DNA of 64,000 nucleotides from Oculina patagonica (lineage: Eukaryota). The stretch lies in contig NC_135761.1 of assembly GCF_052425735.1 (NCBI RefSeq), positions 62,806,001 to 62,870,000 on the forward strand, in the 5' to 3' direction. A program made the translations under genes and the position numbers. The notes beneath the pieces are model-generated. The model was not told where the DNA came from. It saw nothing but the letters and a program-made list of their open reading frames with translations, and ran no database searches. Below are positions 36,463-48,813 of the stretch, piece by piece (the stretch's first letter is position 1; each line of letters opens with the position of its first letter).

Positions 36463-36953
36463 AGCTAGGCACACACTAGGGGATGACTAGTCGCAGGGAA
36501 TAGTCGCAGGGACTTATCCTTTAGTGTGTACTGAAAAAAATGACCGATTTGGAGGACTATTGATCCCTGCGATTAGCCCCAGAAATCAAACCAGCTTGAA
36601 CCACACTAGGGGACTAGACGAAGGGACTTGTCGCAGGGACTTGCTTCGGTGACCAGTCCCCTAGTGTGTACTCGTATTTTGCATCGAAATTCTAGTCGCA
36701 GGGACCACATTTTTGGTCCCTGCGACTAGTCCCACGAATTAAGCTGGTTTGATTTCTGGGACTAGTCGCAGGGACCAATAGTCCCACAAAATGGTCAATT
36801 GTACACGCTAAGGGATAAGTCCCTGTGACTATTCCCTGCGACTCGTCCCATAGTGTGTGCCTAGCTAACCAGCTTAATTTGTGGGACTAGTCGCACGGAC
36901 CAAAAATGTGGTCCCTGCGACTAGAATTTTGATTTAAAATACTAGTACACACT
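36463..36953. mobile_element. Rearranged palindromic PIF/Harbinger-like MITE
   Basis: AGCTAGGCACACACTA ... TAGTGTGTGCCTAGCT inverted ends, many ACTAGTCGCAGGGAC repeats in both orientations, and an extra inverted segment beyond the right end. Confidence 0.7.
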
Positions 36954-37028
36954 ACAATACAGAGCTTGCACAATATATACCGATTAATGATCATCCTGAC
37001 TTGTTATGCTTTCTGACTTTTTTAGGAA

Positions 37029-40000
37029 ATGAGTGCACAACAACTCCACGAGTACGTACCTCCCAAGTGGGCCACACCTTTGAAAAATATTCCACAGCAT
37101 TATGTTAAAGTAAGACATTCAAATTGCTCTTATTAAAAATCTCTTGGATATATCAGAGTTTACATAACTTGCAGAAAAGATATATACCTTATTATAGGAA
37201 ATTAACGACACATGTTATTAACGCGAATTTCAAAAATTCGCGTTAATTTTATGTGCCTTAATTTATGTCATTGTTAATTTAAATCACACTATTTTACAGC
37301 ATTGTTATTTTAAGACACCTTAATTTTCCGACAAAGTTATATTTACACGATCATCTTCTTCTCCGAGTAAGCCGCAGGAATAACAGAGGCAGTGGAAGGC
37401 GCCAGGACGGGATGTATTCCATCCCTGGACCCATGCATTGAATATAAGTCACTATTTGGCCTGTTTAAACATCTTTGTTGTGTATGGTTTATCAGATTTA
37501 AAGCTCGAGTTCCGTTGTTGGGCGTTGTTGTTTTGACTTTTGAATAGCGCAGGTTACTGTAAAAATTACTACGCATCAAATTCGTCTTAATTAACTACAT
37601 GTAAGCACATACCAGACAAGAATTCGCGTTAATTAAATGAATGTAAAGGTAAATTTTCGACGATTCGCGTTAATTTTATTACGCGTACATTTTGTTCGCG
37701 TTGTTAAAATGCTTCGTTATATTCCTATAATAAGGTAGGTCCTGCTGTGGGACTCTTGTTGCGTAGCAGACGGACGGGTCACAAAATCCCCGATATTTAG
37801 ACTGTCTGCGACGCAGGCTGGGACTTATAAAATGTTTATTCTTTCCTACAAGGGTTATCCAGGCTTATTTGCTTTTTGTTTTTGGTGTCTGTCTCCTGCA
37901 AGATGAGGTTACCTTCTAGAAACATCATCTTGTCTGGTTGACCGACCGGGGGTTCCCTTAACGTTTTACATGCAGACGGTATGTGATTAAGCTTCGATAG
38001 TGAAATTTGCAGTTGGCTTCCAGTAGACTTTTATCGCAGGAAGTGGAGTGAAAATTTACCTCGTTGGTAAACCTTAAAAAACAAACTGTATTTGAATTAT
38101 TATAATTATGTTTCTTTTTTTTAATTTGAAAGACATCAAAATTTCGTTGTTTTTAATTGTCTAACATGAATTAACCAAATCCACTAATACTTAAAGCCAA
38201 TGTGATCGTTTGAATTGCAAAGCATTTAAGTACAAAGCATTGGGTGGGATTGGTGCACGTGGAGCTTGCTCAGAAAGTCTTCTATGCTTTCTCCTTTTAC
38301 CTACAACGCCAAGTACACACAGCTTCACCAGGTGACGCCCGTTGCGGTATTGACAGATTCCCTGATTTACCTGCCAATTTATTGTTGTTACTTTTGGTAT
38401 TGTAACTGCTGGTAATCGTTACTTTTAGTATTGTTAGTATTATTTTGGTTTTGTTGTTTTGCATGTAGCTTGCGCAGCGGGACACTCCAATCCATTCGTG
38501 GAAGATCCCAAATGTTCCAAAGGAATTTTCACTGTTTATCAAGAGGGATGATTTAACAGGATGTACACTGTCTGGAAATAAGGTGCAATGTTTAGGATTT
38601 GTTTAGATAAAAGCTAACGTCACAACACATGCTCACCTATTTTTTTGTGTATAAAATTACTCTTAGTTTCATCCCGTGAGGGGAGGAGGCCTCCTGTCAT
38701 TTGAGATCAGTCGTGTGCCACCAAAAAGGTTCTTTAAGGGGCAGTATCATAACCTTTGAACAGCAAAAGAAAGGCATACGTTCATTCGAATTCTTCACGG
38801 TGTGAATATACGTAATCAGTGGTTTTTAAGTGATTTCCTTCCAAGTAACACTGTCAAACTTAAAATCGTCGGCCCGACCTTTTCAAGTGTAGGCTATTAC
38901 TGTTCTATCCGTCCGCAGCCAAACCACATTTTAACAATTTTAATGACTAATACAGTACGTTTTAGCAAGGCCAGGCCACTATTAGTAAATTTCTAAATGA
39001 TACCAACGCCTTTATTGCATTTTCAAGAAGCCCTAAATAATTGTGACACTGCCCCTGTTAACCTCGGACCCTAGTAAAGGATAGAAAATCGAAAATGGAT
39101 ACTTTTTACCGGCCAAAACACGAAGAAAAAACATAACCAACATTAAAATAAAATCGCTTTGTTTTACAATACTTCACTAAATGGGTAGTTCCGTTTTAAT
39201 AGACAATATCTTAATCGTTTAGCTGGACGTTTACGCACTACAATTTTAGCTAATACAATTTAAAGGAACCCTATTTAACGGTCACACTGGGATCTCAATG
39301 CCAAGAGGCAATAAGATACCTTATTTAAGGTCTGATAACCTCAAAAACCGTATCTGAGGACTTAGAATCTCAAAAGCCATACTGAGTGAAACCAAATCGT
39401 TTGAGGGTTTGTATGTTGCTTTTTATAGCATTTTTTTTAAGTTTATAGATTCTTTATGATACTGCAAAAAGCATTGAATACTGCGGCTGTTGTTGAATAA
39501 TGTGCCTGTGTTTCATAAGAATCTTTTCTAAGATTCGGTATGGCCGCGTTGTAAGTTGTAACAAACGGTAGAATCTCCTCTACTAATTATGGTTTTGATG
39601 CGTTTCTTTTTCAAAAGAATTTCTGTGTCTGGTTTAGGATTCTACAGTATTGTTTGTACTTAAATTGATTTGTTTCAGGTTCGCAAGCTGGAGTTTGTAT
39701 TGGCTGATGCTTTATATAAGAAGTGCGACACTGTTGTGACAAGTGGTCGCATACATTCCAATCATTGCAGAGCTACTGCAGTGGCTGCGAGACAACTTGG
39801 CTTGAATTGTTACTTGTTACAGAGAAGTCCTGGACAGGCAAGAATATAATCTTTAAATCATTTGCTAGTTAGTTTAGATAGTGCTTTGTAATTAAACTAA
39901 CATGATATATATTATGTGTCTCAAACATTAAATTACTAAGGGCACGTTCGTTCGATTCGGGGTCAATCCGGAATAAGAATCATTGGAATAATGCGAGTTA

Positions 40001-43000
40001 GCGTTCGTTTGGCTGCTCTTCCTATTCCGGAATACATGAATACTTACTGCTCCTGGGATCAGAATAGCCGGAATGTATTCGGGAATATATTCTTATTCTA
40101 GAATATTCCCAAACGAACGCGCCCTAAAATTCCTAATTCTTGAATGGTTCTGCGCGCATGCCTATTTGTCGCGTAACTGACATGCGATCACGTACTTGTA
40201 CAATAAGAACTGTCCGATTACAGCATCTTATAATTGGATGGATACCTGCCCTTGGACGTCTTCGCCATTCGCGCGCATCAGACGTGCACTAAACTGGGTT
40301 CTTTTTTGCTGTTTCCCTACCGTTTGTAAAACTAATAGAATATACCACTGACTTTTTTGATTAAAAGAGGTTCTCAAAGACTTCCTAACCTCGAACTTTG
40401 CCATTGATACGATTAATAAGTAATTTGACCTCGTGTCCTTAGCCTGCGAACAGGCTCCCGAGTAGGGCAGAAAGAGAAAAAGAAATCCAATCCTCTGCAT
40501 GTATTGCGGACTTATGACGATAGATAATTAAATATCTCATTACTGTACATTCTCTTAATTGTAGCTGTAGCTAGCTGTGATGTTTGTTTGTATTTTTTTG
40601 CATGTAAATGAAAATTAATCTCTTTACTATGCAGACGACCGAGATTGGATGTCAAGGGAATCTTCTTTTAAGCAGAATGGTCGGAAGTCACATTGTCGTT
40701 GTACCGGATATGGACTATGATAGTGGCCTCAGTCAAATAATAGAGACGATGGCAGAAAAGTTGTAAGTGACATTACAATGTATTGCATTACCAAAAAGCG
40801 TGTGTGAGAGAGAGACGGTGGCCTCATAGTTAGCACACTGAACTCCGGACTAAGTGGTCCGGGTTAATAGCTCTTGGCCAGGGTCACTGTGTTGGGTTTT
40901 TGTGCAAGTCACCTTACTCTCACAGTGCCTCTCTTCGTCCAGGTGTGATACAAAATGGGTACTGACAAATGCAATGCTAAGGGTATAACCCTGCGATGGA
41001 CTAGCGTCCTACCCAAGGGGGGGGGGGGGGGGGCGATACTTCTAGTTCGGCTTAACGTATTTTCGTCCAAGAAGTGCATAGCTGAAAACACTGGTGGTTA
41101 TGAACACCATTAATACGATTTGGAGCGTTTCCTGGAATTTACTGGATATCATACTGCAACGAGCAGAAAACACTTGTTGCCAATGATTCAATAGTTGTGT
41201 AACAATTACCTTCAGAAGAAGGACAAAATATTCAGAGCTAAAAAATATAAGTATGACTTTTTATGTTGGGGTTAATGTGATGACAACAGTGCATCTCATA
41301 GACAGGATACATGCAAATACATTAAAAGTTAAATGTTGTTTCTTTGTTATTTTTTGAAGAAAACAGCAGGGCTCCTCGCCGTATGTGATTGCATATGGGG
41401 GTTCAATGTATATGAGCATATTCGGTTATGTGACAGCATTTCAAGAAATGATGAATCAGGTAATTTAAAGCTTATTTGTTCCCTGCCCATTTCATATGCT
41501 AAGAAATTGCAATGTCAATGCAAGCCTTGGTGCTTGCGTACGAAGCCTTGGTGCTTGCGTACAAAAGATGCTTTTTTGTAAAGAGTCAGGCCACAAGGAG
41601 TGGCAGTCATGAACAAATTCCTGAGAGACCTCAAAAGACCCGTTATTTGCTTTCTTTTTAAATCAGCCACGTTGTAAAACATTCAGTGAAATTAGATGTA
41701 CATGTGAGACTGAGGGCCTCTTTACATGAAAGCCGAGTTGAGTTTCATCCCGGGATGAATTTCGTCCCGGGATGAAAAAAATTTCATTTTACATGAGCGT
41801 GTTCATCCCGGGATGCTGGGACGTAAGTCATCCTGCCCGAGTTGAATTCATCTCGCCCGTGCTTACATTACTTTATATTTCATCCCGGAAAGACTGTTTA
41901 CATGACGTTTCTCGTCACGTTTCATCCCGGGATGACATTTCAACTCGGTGTTTCATCCCGGGATGAAATCGTCCCGGGATGAGTTCATCCCGGGACGAAA
42001 TCATGTATCATCATGTAAACAGCAACAAGAAAATGACCAGACACCGAGATGAATTCATCCCGGGACGAAAGTCATCCCGGGACGAAAACTCTCATGTAAA
42101 GAGGCCCTGATTGGTTGTTTGCTTATGTATGTTTCAGAATCTGTTGGAAGATTTTGATGACATTGTACTGACTGCCGGCACTGGAGGAAGTGCCTCAGGA
42201 ATCGCTATAGCTAATTACCTGACAGGATCAAAGCTCAAGTAAGTTGAAGTAGTAGCGTCTTTATTTATTGAGGGTAGCACTTAATAGCTATAAAGCTAAT
42301 AAACCTGTGGCCCTCCTATTTACAATTATTAAAAAAACTAACCTGTTACCTGTTACCTATCTTCTTCGTGCCATGTGGTACACAATTCCGCCAACCATCT
42401 CTGTCAGCCGCTGCAATTTGTACTTCGCTTCAGTTCTTCCATCCAGCTTTATCCCTTTCTCTCTTTGCTGTTTTCCTCCATGTTGTCTTTGGTCTGCCCT
42501 GTTTCGCCGCCCTTCTGGGGTCCAGTTTAATGAAGTTCTGCAGTCGTTATTTGGTTCTTTACTCATTATGTGGCCGATGAATTTCCATCTTCTCTTTCGC
42601 ACGTCCAAACTGAGGTTTTCCATCTCAGCCATCTTCAGGACTTCATTGTTTGTAATTCTTTCCTGCCAGCGTATTTTAAATATCCGTCTAAGACATCTGC
42701 TTTGAAAGACATCGATTTTGTTCTCATCAATTTTTTATTCATCTTCCACGTCTCGCAGTCATACATCAAGACTGGCTTTACTAGTGTCTATTATAGCCTG
42801 ACTTTGGTTCGTCGACCGATGCTATTGCTACTCTAGATCTTTTTTAATTTCAAGAATACCCCTCTCGCTTTGACTACTCTGTTGTGGATGTCTTCAGTGC
42901 CTCCGCCCTCTTTGGAAACCTTAGCTCCCAAGTACACAAATCTATCAACGTCTTCTATTCCTCGTCTATTCACCTCCACCACATCGTTTTTCCTCGAATT

Positions 43001-44941
43001 ATTCGCAGTTGTTTACCTTTGTCTACATTGACTTTCAGCCCCACCCTTTCTGCTACATGCGCGTGAATTTCCTTGTGAGGAAATCTTGTTCCAGTGATCA
43101 CCATTTACAATAAAAAACCTACGATATGTGTGAAATTTTTATCAACCATAGCTTTGACAAATCANNNNNNNNNNNNNNNNNNNNNNNNNNNNNNNNNNNN
43201 NNNNNNNNNNNNNNNNNNNNNNNNNNNNNNNNNNNNNNNNNNNNNNNNNNNNNNNNNNNNNNNNNNNNNNNNNNNNNNNNNNNNNNNNNNNNNNNNNNAT
43301 TAGCCAGTTTTGAAATGAAATATTTCAACAATAGCTATGGTAGATAGGGCGAGGAGACATCCAGGAAACCGCCAGGCTAATAGTGAAGGCCACCTCGGTT
43401 ATCAGCATCCTACCAGTTATAGAAAAATATATATTTAATTGTCTTGTAAAATGATTCCAGGTGCCATACTGTCACTGTGTATTTTAATGCTGCATCTGTT
43501 TACGAAAAAGTAAATAAACACCTTAGAGATGGCGGACTTGATGTTCGAGCAGAAGATATCATAGATGTTATTGATGGATATCAAGGAGAGGAATATGCCG
43601 TGAACACTCAGGATGATCTAGGTGGGTATTAATGGAAAATAAATAACGTGTCACTGTTTATAAAGATTTAAATAAGAAACTCAGCATCTTTCATTGGAAA
43701 TTTGCGAATCTGATTGGTTAACGTTGCTCTTAAAAGGGAGTATTTTTCTCGATTTTTAGTTTAAAATTCATTGCACTGCACTGCACAGTGTAAAATGCCT
43801 TGGTAACACAAACAGTAAGTGGCTGTTTCAACATCTCAAATTCTCCTAGCGTTTTATGCGTATTTTTTAGTCTCTAACTCTGTGTTAATTAACGACTGGG
43901 CGTGCGAAGGAGTGATAACGGACTTATTGTATGTAGGCAAAATTTGGGCAGGGAATGTGCTGGCAAGGACCTGATGCAGCCCACCGACTAGAAAGACCGA
44001 GTGGATAATGCCTTCCCTGGACATGGGTACTGCATGCCCTGCCATGCACCTCATGTCCTGGGCGCAGTTGCTGGTCCAATGTCCTGGGGTTAACGTTAAC
44101 TGAATCCAGTGAAATGGCATAAGACTTCAGCACGGCGCTGAACGGTTGCCGGCTGCAGTCAGCAATTCCCCAATAAGTAGACTGCACTATGACAGTTATA
44201 CAAGGCAGTAAACAGGGTCAAATGTTGAGTTTAACACTGCTTATTATTATTATTTTTTTTTTGTAAAATCAAAACTAAAGCAAGCGCATTGGCCATTAAG
44301 ATGAAACGTTCCTGTGTTTCGTTTGCTGTGATTATTCAATGTAATTGATTGCATTAAAGCAACCACTTCAAACAAAAAAGTGACATTCTATTGGGACACT
44401 TAGCTTTAACAATGCAAACAAACCAATACTGGTTGCATTTGATATGGTTGGTTTCAATAGAATACGACGTGATTGTAAACTGTTCGTTGCAGAGACCATT
44501 CTAGAGATCTCTAGTACAACTGGAGTATTGCTGGACCCACTGTATAACATTACAGCAATCAGAGCAATGCTCGCTGAGATGAACAACAATCCCGGCAGAT
44601 TTAAAGGACGAAGGATACTCTATATTCACACAGGTATGTGTTAGAGACAAAGAAGACGTTCGTCTTGTTCAAGTTTTGACTACTTAACAACGAGACTGCG
44701 AACTGACGAGTTTCTGTTATCCTCCCTCCCCCCCCCCCCCCCCGACTGGTACGATATGTACCAATCGGAATAGCAAAGAAGCGGTTATATTTGAAAGTGA
44801 ACATTACTTCCTATCTTTGCAGGCGGGGTTTTTAATTTGTTTGACGGAAGAATGGACCCAATCATCACAAACCCAAAATCTGAAAAGAGCCTGGGTCAAG
44901 TTCTCCGTTGGGGAGATATCAACGGTCATCCGCCATGCTGA
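37029..44941 (+). CDS. DCD: PLP-dependent D-cysteine desulfhydrase / ACC deaminase family protein (367 aa), copy 1
   Basis: Nine in-phase exons: 37029-37109, 38469-38582, 39679-39837 (GC donor), 40635-40762, 41360-41459, 42138-42238, 43461-43621, 44493-44633, 44823-44941 (1104 nt). Motifs TPIH, KRDDLTG..SGNKVRKLEF (PLP lysine), [20 protein letters not shown] and LYIHTGG. Confidence 0.92.
37185..37737. mobile_element. MITE in desulfhydrase intron 1
   Basis: TIRs TACCTTATTATAGGA ... TCCTATAATAAGGTA. Confidence 0.8.
39938..40126. mobile_element. PIF/Harbinger-like MITE (second copy about 50273-50455)
   Basis: GGGCACGTTCGTT ... AACGAACGCGCCC flanked by TAA. Confidence 0.7.
40810..41045 (+). mobile_element. 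tRNA-derived SINE (CORE/Meta-like domain), degraded (second copy about 51122-51352)
   Basis: GGTGGCCTCATAGTTAG head, then CTCTCACAGTGCCTCTCT..CCAGGTGT..AAATGGGTACT and TAACCCTGCGATGGACTAGC motifs. Confidence 0.7.
41714..42107. mobile_element. Harbinger-like MITE with internal TTCATCCCGGGATGAA palindromes (second copy about 52014-52408)
   Basis: TIRs GGGCCTCTTTACATGA ... TCATGTAAAGAGGCCC; TGA on both flanks. Confidence 0.85.
42340..43095 (-). mobile_element. RTE-like LINE 3' fragment in desulfhydrase intron 6
   Basis: Degraded RT C-terminus ([17 protein letters not shown]); cleaner in the second copy. Confidence 0.8.
43164..43298. other. Assembly gap (N run)
   Basis: Run of n; the second copy has a (CAT/CGT)n microsatellite at this position (about 53455-53495). 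Confidence 0.99.
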
Positions 44942-46046
44942 CGAATAGACAACTACGAGCAGTGCCTTTTGGCATTCATCTTTCCATTTTTGGCTTTCAT
45001 TTACTATATAGCGACGGTACCAGCTATACTTTCTGTAATTTGTGCCACAAATTATCGAAAAACTCAAATTCTGTTGTATTTCTATAATTTATTGATAACA
45101 ATTACACTACATTAGAAAAAGGGGGATAAGGGAAAGGTTGCAGAATTTGCTAGAGGAATCTGCAAAGTTTAAAAAAGTTAATTTGACATAAAAAATATTA
45201 ATGTATTAAACAAATGGGTATCTGGAATACTGTATATGTAAGTCATGTTAGGCAAATAAAGTGAAGATATGTCATCTACTCTGACGTAAATTCAAATAAA
45301 CCATCTGTACCGGTTATTCGTGTTTTGAAGGCGTAAATTTACTTTTCGCCATGTTTCAGTGTCCTAAATTTTTGTCCGAAATTTGCCCGAAACGAGATAA
45401 AAAGTCTCTGGAAACTAAACGTCCGAAATAAAAAACCCGAAATTTTAACGTCCGAAATTTTTTGCAAGTAACGTACTTTAAGTTTCAGCATCGCAGAGTG
45501 AACTTCCTTACACAATTCGGGTTTAAACTTCGACGGAGGAGGTGGGAGGGTAGAGGAGGGGTTGCATCCACCCCCAGCCCTCGTGAATCTCCAATGATTA
45601 TCCTGCAAAAGACACCTTATCCACTTCTTCTGACATTGTGTCCAATGATACTGATAGCCAATTCAACAGTAAAGATACTGAATTTTCGAAATAAACTATG
45701 CAGACGGCTTTTCACATCAGAAGAAGAAAGAAAACCTCTAAGTCCAGGGTGAAAAAATGTTTATTTTTTTGTGTGTACATTAATTCGCGTGTATTTTCCA
45801 TCCAGAAAACGCTAATACAAATTATAAAAGCAAAAGCAATACAGAAAAAGTACCGCTTGCCTCGGAAAAAAAAAAAACCCGGAGAAAACTAACGTTTGCA
45901 TATATTGCAGACCTATAATAAACTTGGAGACTGGGCAGACTGGGCAGAGACTTCTGACGGGGGCCTGGGCGTCCATTTTGGAAATCAAAATGGCTGCTCA
46001 TGTTGGTTGGAAACATTGAACTTTTTCCAATTTACATTTCTTTCCA

Positions 46047-46417
46047 ATGGCGAAGAATTTCAAACAATCGAATGATCGTGAGCTATTTGATGCCTTTTTC
46101 CCTGGGCTTGTTGATGATGTCGTGAAGGAGAATGAAAACGACAAAGAAACTGGGGATGCTGTTCGGCATATGCGTGAAGTAAGTCAACTGAGTATTAATA
46201 TTGGGACAACTAGAAGCTGAAAAAGTGTTTTTACGTTAGTTTAGTTATTTTGTACAATCTGTCGTTGAGATAGAATTTAAAGGAGTTTGATCACTACATA
46301 GATTGACAGAATCCTTTAGAGATCGAAACGAATCGCGTCAAATATTTCTAATGAAACATTAAAACTTATCAAGTTATCTCTGCTTGTTTCAGGTGTTAGA
46401 GTATAATGTTCCTGGAG
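46047..46417 (+). CDS. FDPS: Farnesyl diphosphate synthase exons 1-2, truncated duplicate (probably allelic)
   Basis: 46047-46178 (MAKNFKQ...VRHMRE) and 46393-46417 (VLEYNVPG); same peptide as 56207-56586; contig ends at a gap. Confidence 0.75.
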
Positions 46418-46800
46418 GTATGTATTATCAACTATCATACTTACATTGTACACTTATGACTTTTCCTCTTTGTTTCCGTGGGGGCTATGGCATTGTTCAT
46501 ACAAGCAGTGCAAACGCTAGGTCACACATGACATTTTATGTGCAATGTAGGCAACATCATAGGGCCATTTCATGTTACAGTGTACATGTACATGTATATC
46601 CACCCACCCCCCACCCTGGTTAAGGTAGAGTCGACATATGAGCCTTAGAAGTGGCTCGTCAAAAATTAAAAATACTGTATACCCAATTAAAGTCCCCCTG
46701 TAGACAGCTATTATACCCTAAACCCCTGGCCATCAAACGTGATGGATGTTCCCTTTTTGGGCATCAGCCTGTATCATATCAGGTTAATATAAGGCTACAG

Positions 46801-47186
46801 CGGTGTCTGACATTTGCAGAATGCAGAACGCAGACTGCAGAATTCAGAATGCAGACTAAGAGAATATATTGTGTTACCCTTACCATTATAATTGAAAGCT
46901 AACCGTAAACAGGCTAACTGAAGTGCTATTTAGGCTGACCGGAGTGAATAGTACATGTAGGCTAAACGGAGTGTGTAGTAGGCTAACCCGAGTGAAAAGT
47001 TCACTCCGGTTAGCCTACTACGCACTCCGGTTAGCCTACTATACACTCCGGGTAGCCTGTTTATGGTTAGCTTTCAATAATGGTAAAGGTAACACGATAT
47101 ATTATCTTAGTCTGCATTCTGCATTCTGCATTCCGTGTTCTGCATTCTGCATTCTGCATTCTGCATTCTGCAAATGTCAGACACCG
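46801..47186. mobile_element. Palindromic MITE with 9-bp TSD (second copy about 56976-57368)
   Basis: CGGTGTCTGACATTTGCAGAATGCAG ... CTGCATTCTGCAAATGTCAGACACCG flanked by AGGCTACAG on both sides; subterminal 7-bp (GCAGAAT) repeats. Confidence 0.9.
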
Positions 47187-47230
47187 AGGCTACAGGCAGG
47201 AGTGAACTGCTTTATAATATTGTCTGCCTG

Positions 47231-47452
47231 GCGTGACCCTATTTGGCTGAATGGCTGCATGACGGAATGACACTAATTTTCACCCCCCCTTGTTTGCAGT
47301 TGTTAGCTTTTATTTGTTGGTCAGGGTAACGTATAGTATTGCCCAAACCAACAAATAAAAGCTAACTGCTACAAACCAGGGTAAAGCTAACCTCAAGCAA
47401 ACTACAGTAGTGGCATTCTGTCATCCTGCCATTCGGACGAATAGGGTCACCC
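47231..47452. mobile_element. MITE with G(G/C)GTGACCCTATT termini (second copy about 57413-57641)
   Basis: GCGTGACCCTATTTGGCTGAATGGC ... GCCATTCGGACGAATAGGGTCACCC. Confidence 0.7.
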
Positions 47453-47579
47453 ATCTACTAATTTCCAGTGTCTACGCAGTATTAAAGTTAATTCAATTAC
47501 AATTTACTTTCTCTTATTATTTTAACTAGCAGTACTTTATCAGACTTAATCATACCTTATATTAACAGGTTTTGCTTCT

Positions 47580-48079
47580 NNNNNNNNNNNNNNNNNNNNN
47601 NNNNNNNNNNNNNNNNNNNNNNNNNNNNNNNNNNNNNNNNNNNNNNNNNNNNNNNNNNNNNNNNNNNNNNNNNNNNNNNNNNNNNNNNNNNNNNNNNNNN
47701 NNNNNNNNNNNNNNNNNNNNNNNNNNNNNNNNNNNNNNNNNNNNNNNNNNNNNNNNNNNNNNNNNNNNNNNNNNNNNNNNNNNNNNNNNNNNNNNNNNNN
47801 NNNNNNNNNNNNNNNNNNNNNNNNNNNNNNNNNNNNNNNNNNNNNNNNNNNNNNNNNNNNNNNNNNNNNNNNNNNNNNNNNNNNNNNNNNNNNNNNNNNN
47901 NNNNNNNNNNNNNNNNNNNNNNNNNNNNNNNNNNNNNNNNNNNNNNNNNNNNNNNNNNNNNNNNNNNNNNNNNNNNNNNNNNNNNNNNNNNNNNNNNNNN
48001 NNNNNNNNNNNNNNNNNNNNNNNNNNNNNNNNNNNNNNNNNNNNNNNNNNNNNNNNNNNNNNNNNNNNNNNNNNNNNNN
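47580..48079. other. Assembly gap (N run) separating the two duplicated blocks
   Basis: 500 n. Confidence 0.99.
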
Positions 48080-48813
48080 TAGGTCCTGCTGTGGGACTCT
48101 TGTTGCGTAGCAGACGGACGGGTCACAAAATCCCCGATATTTAGACTGTCTGCAACGCAGCCTGGGACTCTTATAAAATGTTTATTCTTTCCTACAAGGG
48201 TTATCCAGGCTTATTTGTTTTTTGTTTTTGGTGTCTGTCTCCTGCAAAATAAGGTTACCTTCTAGAAACATCATCTTGTCTGGTTGACCGACCGGGGGTT
48301 CCCTTAACGTTTTACATGCAGACGGTATGTGATTAAGCTTCGATAGTGAAATTTGCAGTTGGCTTCCAGTAGACTTTCATCGCAGGAAGTGGAGTGAAAA
48401 TTTACCTCGTTGGTAAACCTTAAAAAACAAACTGTATTTGAATTATTATAATTATGTTTTTTTTTTAATTTGAAAGACATCAAGCTTTCGTTGTTTTTAA
48501 TTGTCTAACGTGAATTAATCAAATTCCACCAATACTTAAAGCCAATGTGATCGTTTGAATTGCAAAGCATTTAAGTACAAAGCATTGTGTGTGATTGGTG
48601 CACGTGGCGCTTGCTCAGAAAGTCTTCTATGCTCTCTCCTTTTACCTACAATGCCAAGTACACACAGCTTCACCAGGTGACGCCCGTTGCGGTATTGACA
48701 GATTCTCTGATTTACCTGCCAATTTATTGTTGTTACTTTTGGTATTGTAACTGCTGGTAATCGTTACTTTTAGTATTGTTAGTATTATTTTGGTATTGCT
48801 GTTTTGCACGTAG

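Noticed and set aside
47557-48144. ORFs spanning N runs (also at 2.7 kb and 43.1 kb)
   Set aside because: Open only because of ambiguous bases.
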